From the NCBI GenBank assembly GCA_019637315.1, contig JAHBVU010000011.1:7242-71241 (forward strand): DNA of 64,000 nt. The letters are read 5' to 3'. The notes beneath the pieces are model-generated. The model was not told where the DNA came from. It ran no database searches and saw nothing but the letters and a program-made list of their open reading frames with translations. Positions 57,314-64,000 of the stretch are shown one piece after another. Made by a program: the position numbers and the translations under genes. Numbering within the stretch: the first letter of the stretch is position 1; every line of letters begins with the position of its first letter. This DNA is from Gemmatimonadales bacterium. GTDB taxonomy: Bacteria > Gemmatimonadota > Gemmatimonadetes > Gemmatimonadales > GWC2-71-9.

Positions 57314-59223
57314 TCGGACGTGTCGTCGCGACGGAGCTCAAACCGAGTACGCCGCATCAGTTCCTGTTTTGGACCGCGCGAGACACGGCCGTAGGCATCG
57401 GTTCCATCGTCCGGGTCGAGTCGCCCGGGCGATCAGTCTATGGCGTCGTGACGGATGCGTTTGCCTATTCGGACCTGGCAACCCCGATGGACGCGGTCTA
57501 CGGCGCCGACGGCGATCCCAACAGCCCGGTCGAGCCCAGCGAGCGGAGTGAGATCCGCCTGTTCCAGACCGCCGTGCTGCGCCACGAGCCGGAGGAGCCA
57601 CTGCAGGCCGTGCCGCTCGGTGAGGTGCACCTTGCCTCCGACGAAGATGTGGCCTTTGCGCTCAGGATGGACGCCTACATCGGCGGCGACAAGCCGACCG
57701 GCGTGCCCGTCGGCGTCTATGCCGCAGGCGGGCTCGAGGCTCCCGTGTACCTCGACGCCGACTTTCTGCTTGGCCCGGAAGCCGCGCATCTCAACATTAC
57801 GGGGGTGTCCGGTCTGGCCACGAAGACTTCGGCGGTCGAGTTCTTTCTGACCTCGATTTTTCAGCGGTTTCCGCCGCACAAAGGGCGGGTCGCGGCGCTC
57901 TGCTTCAACGTCAAAGGCCCTGACCTGCTGTTTCTCGATCGGCAGGGCACCCTGAACGACCAGGATCGCCACCTGTATGACCGGCTCGGTCTCGAGCCGC
58001 GGCCCTTCGATCGGGTGCGCTACTTTGCGCCGTTCAAGAATGACGGCGTCAATCTCAACACCCTGCGCACCAATCCCGAGCTGATTCCGACCGAGCCGCT
58101 CGTCTGGGGCCTTCGCGAGGTACTGGACTACACCGAAGTGCTGCTCAACCGCGACGACATCGATGCCAAGGCCGACGGCTTCATCGATTTCCTGGCGGAG
58201 CGGGTCGTCGGCAAAGAGTTTAATGACGAGGTGTCGGGGCAGACCTTTGCGGTGCGCAGCTTTGCCGAGCTCGAAGACTTCTTCAAGGCGATCTTCAACT
58301 TTCTCGAAACGACTCGGGGCAGCGAGATCTGGCGCACGCATCATGTTGCCACCATTCGGAAAATCCGCAATCGGCTTGGCAATATCAGCACCCGGTCCAA
58401 GGGCTTGGTGACCGACAACGGTGAGGTCAATGATTTGCCGTGGGGCGAGTTCGGCGACCGGACCGTCTATGTCGTGGACGTCGCGGGTCTCGATCCGCTG
58501 GCGCAGGATCTCGTCTTTGCGCGGATCGTGTCCAAGCTGCGCGAACATCTCGAGCGTCGGGATCTTGGCGTCGAGCACGTCGCGGTCTTCGTCGACGAGC
58601 TCAACAAGTATGCTCCGCAGGAAGGGCACGACACCTACGTTCGGAAGATGTTGCTCGACCTTTCCGAGCGGGGTCGCTATCTCGGCCTGGTGCTCTTCTC
58701 GGCGCAGCAGTTTCGCTCCCAGGTGCACAAGCGGGTCGTCGGCAATGCGGGTACGGCGGTCTACGGCCGGCTCGATGCGGATGAGCTCGCTACGCCGGGG
58801 TACGGGATTCTGTCGCCGGCCATCAAGGCCAAGCTGGCGGCGCTGCCCAAGGGCGAGCTGATGATCCGTCACCCGCATTTTACCCAGCCCATCTTTCTTC
58901 GTTTTCCGCGGCCGTCGGTACTGTCGGGGCGGGAAGGCATCGATCGCTATCCGCCGGAACCCGAGGTGCCGTTCGAGGATGCCGTGGTGCGCCGGCTCCG
59001 GGCCCTCGAACCAGGCTTGCCCGGCAATCGGATCAAGGACCTGATTGCCGGCCGAGCTCAGGATGACGTGGTGCGGGCGCTCCACGCCACCATCCGCAAC
59101 CGGCCAGGCGATGTGGTCGCCTTCTTCGTCAAATGCCTCGGCCGCGAGGTTCGAACCCGGTCGGTGGCACCGACCAACGGCGGGGTTACCCGCCTCAAGA
59201 GCGTCGACGACCCCTACGCCTGA
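57310..59223 (+). CDS. HerA-like hexameric ATPase/helicase (FtsK-HerA superfamily, DUF87-type) with an N-terminal HAS-barrel
   Basis: N-terminus MIGRVVATELKPSTPHQFLFWTARDTAVGIGSIVRVE…SVYGVVTDAF is a HAS-barrel. Walker B …VAVFVDELNKYAP… and a sensor region …LGLVLFSAQQFRSQV… are present. The expected P-loop position reads HLNITGVSGLATKTSAV, which is not a canonical GxxxxGK[ST]. Confidence 0.75.
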   Translation: MIGRVVATELKPSTPHQFLFWTARDTAVGIGSIVRVESPGRSVYGVVTDAFAYSDLATPMDAVYGADGDPNSPVEPSERSEIRLFQTAVLRHEPEEPLQAVPLGEVHLASDEDVAFALRMDAYIGGDKPTGVPVGVYAAGGLEAPVYLDADFLLGPEAAHLNITGVSGLATKTSAVEFFLTSIFQRFPPHKGRVAALCFNVKGPDLLFLDRQGTLNDQDRHLYDRLGLEPRPFDRVRYFAPFKNDGVNLNTLRTNPELIPTEPLVWGLREVLDYTEVLLNRDDIDAKADGFIDFLAERVVGKEFNDEVSGQTFAVRSFAELEDFFKAIFNFLETTRGSEIWRTHHVATIRKIRNRLGNISTRSKGLVTDNGEVNDLPWGEFGDRTVYVVDVAGLDPLAQDLVFARIVSKLREHLERRDLGVEHVAVFVDELNKYAPQEGHDTYVRKMLLDLSERGRYLGLVLFSAQQFRSQVHKRVVGNAGTAVYGRLDADELATPGYGILSPAIKAKLAALPKGELMIRHPHFTQPIFLRFPRPSVLSGREGIDRYPPEPEVPFEDAVVRRLRALEPGLPGNRIKDLIAGRAQDDVVRALHATIRNRPGDVVAFFVKCLGREVRTRSVAPTNGGVTRLKSVDDPYA

Positions 59224-59320
59224 CCTGTGGTGGAGTCGCCCCCGCACGAACCCGCCGGTCGCCGACCTCGAACCCCTCGGACGAGGTGACCGGGGCGCGA
59301 CTCTTGGGCTAGATTAGACC

Positions 59321-60499
59321 GTGCTGCTCGCTCACCTTGCCGATCTGCATCTCGGCTACCGCCAGTATTACCGTCAGACCGCCGCGGGCATCAACCAGCG
59401 CGAGGCCGACGTCGCGCGCGCGTTCGTCCAGGCGGTCGATCAAGTCATTGCCAAGCAGCCTGACGTCATTGTCGTCGCGGGCGACCTGTTCCACGCGGTG
59501 CGCCCGACCAACCAGGCCATCATTCACTGCTTCCGGCAGTTCCAGCGGATTCGAGAGGCGCTTCCCGCTGCAAAGGTCCTGATCGCGGCCGGCAACCACG
59601 ACACGCCTCGGGCCACCGAAACCGGTTCGATCCTCAAGCTCTTTGCCGGTCTCGGGATCGAGGTGGCGACGGACGACGCGGCCATCGTGCGGTATCCCGA
59701 CCTCGATCTGGCGGTCAAGCTGGTGCCGCACGCCGCGCTGGTAGCCGACGACCGGCCGCGTCTCGATCCCGAGGGTGACGAGCGCTACCAGGTTCTGGTG
59801 CTCCACGGCGACACCCCCGATCTCGACCCGCTCGACCGCTGGTGGGCCGAGCCGGGCGGGGCGGCGGTCGATCCGAGCGAGTTTGCCGACCCCCGTTGGA
59901 ACTACGTCGCGCTCGGTCACTATCACGTCATGCTGAAGGTTGGCCCGCACGCCTGGTATTCGGGGGCGCTCGACTATGTCACCCCGAACCCCTGGGGCGA
60001 ACTGGCGAAGCAGAAGGCGCACAAGGTTCCGGCCAAAGGGTGGCTCCTGGTCGACCTCGAAACCCGCCAAGTCATGCCGCAGTACCTCGAGTCAGCCAGG
60101 CGGCTGATCGACCTGCCACCGATCGAGGCGCGGGACCTCGCCGCGTCGGAGATCGACCGAGCTATCCAGGAGAGGCTGGCCAGTATCCGGGGCGGGTATG
60201 CCGAGCAGCTGGTTCGCCTGGTTGTGCGGGATGTGCCCCGGTATGTCGCTCGCGAGCTGGATCATGCGGCGATTCGCACCGCCAAGGCCACCGCGCTCCA
60301 TTTCCGTCTCGATCTGCGGCGACCGGAAGTGCATCGGACGGTCGGGGTTGGTGCGCCTGGAGCGCGCCAGACGCTGACGGACGTGCTGAGGGGCTTCCTG
60401 GCTCGGCGCCCTTTGCCTGAGCGGGTCGACCGCGATGCCTTCGTGACTCGCGGGACGGCCATGCTCGATGCGGTTTCGGCGGCGGCGTCGGAGGGCTGA
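59321..60499 (+). CDS. sbcD: Mre11/SbcD-family DNA-repair nuclease (calcineurin-like phosphoesterase)
   Basis: GTG start. Phosphoesterase motifs I DLHLG, II GDLFH, III GNHD, IV LHGD, V GHYH. Confidence 0.9.
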   Translation: MLLAHLADLHLGYRQYYRQTAAGINQREADVARAFVQAVDQVIAKQPDVIVVAGDLFHAVRPTNQAIIHCFRQFQRIREALPAAKVLIAAGNHDTPRATETGSILKLFAGLGIEVATDDAAIVRYPDLDLAVKLVPHAALVADDRPRLDPEGDERYQVLVLHGDTPDLDPLDRWWAEPGGAAVDPSEFADPRWNYVALGHYHVMLKVGPHAWYSGALDYVTPNPWGELAKQKAHKVPAKGWLLVDLETRQVMPQYLESARRLIDLPPIEARDLAASEIDRAIQERLASIRGGYAEQLVRLVVRDVPRYVARELDHAAIRTAKATALHFRLDLRRPEVHRTVGVGAPGARQTLTDVLRGFLARRPLPERVDRDAFVTRGTAMLDAVSAAASEG

Positions 60500-62928
60500 T
60501 GCAGATCCGGCGCCTCCGTCTGCTCAACTTCCGGCAGCATGCCGACACCACGCTCGCGTTCGAGTCCGGGCTGACCGGGATCATCGGACCGAACGGCGCC
60601 GGCAAGTCCACCCTGCTCGAGGCGGTGGCCTGGGCGATGTACGGTACCCAGGCGGCCCGCGGCACCCGCGACAGCATCCGGCGTCGCAATGCACCGCCGC
60701 GGTCCCGGGTCGAGGTCGAGCTCGAGATTGCCATCGGAGCCCAGGTCTATCGGGTGGTGCGGTCGCTGCAGACGGCGGCATTGTACCAGGACGGGGGTCC
60801 CTCGCCGATTGCCAACAGCGGCGCGGCCGTCACCGACAAGATCACCCGCTTGCTGGGGATGACGCGGGACGAATTCTTCAACACCTACTTCACGGGTCAG
60901 AAGGAACTGGCGATCATGGCGTCGATGTCGGCGCCGGAGCGGGCCAAGTTCCTGAGCCGGGTGCTGGGCTACGAACGTCTGGCCATGGTTCAGCTCAAGT
61001 TGCGCGACGAGCGAACCGGTCTCCGGGGAGCGTTAGGCGTGGCCGAGTCTGCGCTGGGCGACCTGGCGGAGCTCGACCGCGAGGCGGCGGAGGTCGAAGC
61101 GCGGGTCGCCGCCGCGGATACCGCGCTGGGCACAGCCGGCGCCCGACGCGAGACGGCCGATGCCGTGCTGGCCTCGCTGGCGCCGGAATGGGAAGAGGCT
61201 CAGCGCCGTCGTGATGAAGTCGCCGCGATCCAGACCGACCTGAGCATTGCCGAGCATGCGGCAGTCGAGGCCAAGCGTGCCTTCGAAGCAATCGACCTCG
61301 ATATGGCGGATGCCATTGCCGCCAGCACCAAGCGGGAAGAGCTGGCCCCTCGTCTGGCGGATTGGGACGCGCTGGTGGCCCGACGTGACGGGCTCGAACA
61401 GGCTGCGTCGGCGTTTTCCGAGCGGCGGGCCATGGATGCTCAGGCGGCTGAGGTTCGCAAGCTCCTGGCCGGTCAGGAGACGCGGCTGAGCGAACTGCCC
61501 GATCAGGCCCGCCTCGATGCGGCTCGGGCGGAGCTGGCGATTCTGCAGGAGAGCGCCCACCAGGCTGCGCACACGCTCGAAGAGCAGCGGACCGAGTGGG
61601 TCCGCGAAAAGCAGGACGCCGAGACGATGCGGAAAGGGCTGCTCAACGAATACGAAGAAGTGGCGGAGCAGAAAGCGCGTCTCGAGGCGGCCGGCGCAGC
61701 CGGGATCTGCCCGACCTGCGGTAAGCCGCTCGGTGCGGAGTATGGCGGCGTGCTCGACGATCTGGAAGGGCGCCTGGCCGACATCCGCGGCGACGGCAAG
61801 CACTATCGGGCCCGGATCGATCAGCTCTCGAGCGAGCCCGAGGGTGTTGTGGCGGCCAAACGGGTGCTGGAGCAGGCCGAGGCCGATCTCAAACGTCTGA
61901 CCGCGGGAGTCGGGCGGATGACGGAGGCGGTGGCGGAGCGGGTCCGGATCGAGGCGGCTCTGGTCGCGCAGCGGGAACGGCTGGCCGACCTCGATGCCCG
62001 TCTCGCGGCGACGCCGTCGTCGTACGACGAAACCGAACACGTTCGTGTGCGCGCTCGTGTTGCCGAGCTGACGCCGCTGCGGGATGAACTGATGCGGATC
62101 GCGGCCCGGGCGGATCGTGCCCCCGAGCTGCTCCAGAAGGCTACTGCGGCCGAGCAGCACTTGACGCGGCTCGAAGCAACTGCTCAGGCGCTGCGGGACA
62201 AGCTCTCCGCGCTGGGATGGTCCGTCGAGGCGTTTGCCCTGCTCAAAGAGACGTTCCTGGCAGCCGAGCGCGAGGCGCGTGACGCCCACCTGGCTTTGGT
62301 ACGGGCGCAAGCCGAGCATGCCGCTGCGCTGGAGCAGCGAGCCTCGCTGTCACGGCGGCGGGAGGAGCGTGATCGGCGTCTTGCCGAGGCCGAGCGTTTG
62401 CGGAGCGACCTGGCCATGAACCAGGAGTTGGATCGGGCCTTCAGTGAGCTGCGGGATGACCTCAATGCGGCCTTGCGTCCCGACCTGGCGGATGCGGCCT
62501 CGACCCTGCTGCGAGATCTCACCAATGGCCGGTACACGGACCTGGAACTGGACGAGGACTACCTCGCCACCATCGTGGACGACGGCGAGCCCAAACAGGT
62601 CATTTCAGGCGGTGAAGAGGATGTCACCAACCTGGCCTTGCGGCTCGCCATCAGTCAGATGATTGCGGAGCGGGCGGGGCAACCGTTTTCGCTGCTGATC
62701 CTCGATGAGGTGTTTGGTTCGCTCGATGAGGAGCGTCGCAACGCCGTGATGGATCTGCTGCGCGGCCTGGCCGATCGGTTCCCCCAAGTGATTCTGATTA
62801 CGCATATCGAGTCGGTGCGCGACAGCTTTGATCGGATTGTTCGGATCGACTACGATGTCGAGTCCGGGGTTGCCTCCGCGCGGGAGGAAGATCCGCAGCG
62901 AGGCGGGATGTCGCATGCCGCGGCGTGA
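60499..62928 (+). CDS. sbcC: Rad50/SbcC-family SMC-like ATPase with a CxxC zinc hook
   Basis: The ATG overlaps the sbcD stop (TGATG). N-terminal Walker A GPNGAGKST, a ~600-aa coiled coil with the central hook CPTCGKPL, and a C-terminal signature/Walker B/D-loop …LLILDEVFGSLDEER…. Confidence 0.9.
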   Translation: MQIRRLRLLNFRQHADTTLAFESGLTGIIGPNGAGKSTLLEAVAWAMYGTQAARGTRDSIRRRNAPPRSRVEVELEIAIGAQVYRVVRSLQTAALYQDGGPSPIANSGAAVTDKITRLLGMTRDEFFNTYFTGQKELAIMASMSAPERAKFLSRVLGYERLAMVQLKLRDERTGLRGALGVAESALGDLAELDREAAEVEARVAAADTALGTAGARRETADAVLASLAPEWEEAQRRRDEVAAIQTDLSIAEHAAVEAKRAFEAIDLDMADAIAASTKREELAPRLADWDALVARRDGLEQAASAFSERRAMDAQAAEVRKLLAGQETRLSELPDQARLDAARAELAILQESAHQAAHTLEEQRTEWVREKQDAETMRKGLLNEYEEVAEQKARLEAAGAAGICPTCGKPLGAEYGGVLDDLEGRLADIRGDGKHYRARIDQLSSEPEGVVAAKRVLEQAEADLKRLTAGVGRMTEAVAERVRIEAALVAQRERLADLDARLAATPSSYDETEHVRVRARVAELTPLRDELMRIAARADRAPELLQKATAAEQHLTRLEATAQALRDKLSALGWSVEAFALLKETFLAAEREARDAHLALVRAQAEHAAALEQRASLSRRREERDRRLAEAERLRSDLAMNQELDRAFSELRDDLNAALRPDLADAASTLLRDLTNGRYTDLELDEDYLATIVDDGEPKQVISGGEEDVTNLALRLAISQMIAERAGQPFSLLILDEVFGSLDEERRNAVMDLLRGLADRFPQVILITHIESVRDSFDRIVRIDYDVESGVASAREEDPQRGGMSHAAA

Positions 62929-63868
62929 GCGCCTGACCGGTCCGATACCGATCGGGGTCGAGGGGATCGGTGATCTCAACCAGCTGTTTTCGGATGCGTT
63001 TACCGATCGCTACCACCGGGATGGGATGATGGGGGTCCGGGTTCCTCCGCTCAATCCGGCCATCTGGCGTTACGCCCTCGCGGTGGCGGGGGATGGTGCC
63101 ATGCAGTGGCGTGACCAGTCGGGAGCGCTGGCTGCGTTCAACCTTGCCCGGGTGTCGGGAACGGAAGGGTGGATGGGTCCGCTGGCGGTGCGTTCGGATT
63201 TGCAGCGTGGTGGCGTGGGTCGTCTGATCGTGCGGGCGGGCATCGACTATCTGCGCGAGCGCAGCTGCCGAGTCATCGGGCTCGAAACCATGCCGCGCAC
63301 CGTCGAGAATATCGGTTTCTACAGTGGACTCGGCTTTCGCCCCGGCCATCTCACGATTTCGATGCAGCTGGCCGTTCCGCGCGGGGCTGGTGTCCCGGCG
63401 CTGCGGAGCGGAGACCTTGGTGATCGGGACCTGTGGCGGCCGCAGGGTCGCCGCCTGCTCGATCGGCTCGCCCCGGGGGTCGACTTCACCCGGGAAATCG
63501 ACGAGACGCTGACACAGGGCATCGGTGATCTGTCCGTCGTCGCGGACAGCGGCGAGTGGCTGGCGTTTGCGCTCTGGCACGATGTGCCCCTGGCCCAGGG
63601 GCGCCCGGTCGAAGAGATTCGGATCCTCAAGGTTGCCGCGGTCGATCCGGCCGCCTTCTGCCGGGTCATCGACGGTGTCATGGTTGCAGCAACGGCTCGG
63701 GGCATCCATCGATTAGGGGTGCGGTGTCAGACGGCGCAGGCTGCGGCCTATGAGGCCCTGCTCGACCTTGGATTCCGAGCCCATTGGACCGATCTCCGGA
63801 TGTCGCTCCGCGACTTGCCTGAACAGCGGCCGGCTGAAGGAATCGTACTTTCGAACTGGGAAATCTGA
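62915..63868 (+). CDS. GNAT-family N-acetyltransferase (two GNAT-like halves)
   Basis: The ATG at 62915 overlaps the 3' end of sbcC by 14 nt. Acetyl-CoA-binding-like …LQRGGVGRLIVRAGIDYL… (Q/RxxGxG/A motif) and a second GNAT-like half (…EEIRILKVAAVDP…). Confidence 0.7.
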   Translation: MPRRERLTGPIPIGVEGIGDLNQLFSDAFTDRYHRDGMMGVRVPPLNPAIWRYALAVAGDGAMQWRDQSGALAAFNLARVSGTEGWMGPLAVRSDLQRGGVGRLIVRAGIDYLRERSCRVIGLETMPRTVENIGFYSGLGFRPGHLTISMQLAVPRGAGVPALRSGDLGDRDLWRPQGRRLLDRLAPGVDFTREIDETLTQGIGDLSVVADSGEWLAFALWHDVPLAQGRPVEEIRILKVAAVDPAAFCRVIDGVMVAATARGIHRLGVRCQTAQAAAYEALLDLGFRAHWTDLRMSLRDLPEQRPAEGIVLSNWEI

Positions 63869-63881
63869 GCGACAGGGCTGC

Positions 63882-64000
63882 TCAACGAACCGTGAGACCT
63901 ACGGTGAACTGGTAGAGTGAGGCAATCACGTCGTCGACCCGTCCGGTGCGGAGGGTGATGTCGCCGATGGCGGCCACCAGCGCACCAGCATTGAAGGTGA
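63882..64000 (-). CDS. 3' end of an unidentified minus-strand gene that continues beyond the window
   Basis: The reverse frame reads …TFNAGALVAAIGDITLRTGRVDDVIASLYQFTVGLTVR* with the stop at 63884-63882, convergent with the GNAT gene. Too short to identify. Confidence 0.3.
   Translation of the reverse strand, partial: TFNAGALVAAIGDITLRTGRVDDVIASLYQFTVGLTVR

Overview
High-GC (~68%) bacterial chromosomal segment that is densely coding, mostly in long co-directional blocks joined by 1-nt or 4-nt start/stop overlaps. The envelope genes (DsbA, lipoproteins, an outer-membrane-type beta-barrel) suggest a diderm; the phylum cannot be assigned from sequence alone. Nearly all of the window is housekeeping. 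In coordinate order the recognisable blocks are:
- a DsbA-like partial gene and a lipoprotein (1-1244);
- a translationally coupled TPM-domain / KNTase-like nucleotidyltransferase / LemA triad (1217-3419);
- an M23 peptidase, then the operon dnaE-accA-PSP1(RicT/YaaT-like)-metG (3427-11608);
- two HExxH putative zinc metallopeptidases flanking an outer-membrane-type beta-barrel (11845-15677);
- indolepyruvate:ferredoxin oxidoreductase + acyl-CoA synthetase + MaoC dehydratase (15625-21286);
- an M20 dipeptidase (21415-22833);
- a lipoylation and 2-oxoacid dehydrogenase supercluster lipA-E1alpha-E1beta-E2-lpd-membrane protein-lipB (23519-30490);
- an NfeD/flotillin pair (30647-32789);
- a ThiO-like oxidase + DUF1684 pair, then a GT2/GT4/DUF3108/lipoprotein envelope operon (33556-38985);
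- a POT peptide transporter, a PhzF-family protein and a five-gene Opp/Dpp-type ABC peptide importer (39603-48011);
- an LplA-family ligase-gcvP-gcvH block, then coaE and tdk (48036-53464).

The unusual content is at the right end of the window:
- a DEAD-box-helicase-like protein in which every ATPase/helicase motif is degenerate but the DbpA-type C-terminal RNA-binding domain and an RD/RS tail are kept (53526-55031);
- an archaeal-style DNA-end-processing operon, NurA-like nuclease / HerA-like ATPase (HAS-barrel N-terminus, apparently deviant P-loop) / SbcD(Mre11) / SbcC(Rad50, CxxC zinc hook), immediately followed by an overlapping tandem GNAT acetyltransferase (56384-63868).

No rRNA, tRNA, CRISPR or mobile elements were recognised. 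Three perfect GC-rich inverted repeats lie between convergent genes and look like bidirectional terminators. All calls rest on reading the six-frame translations and the DNA directly; no database search was run.
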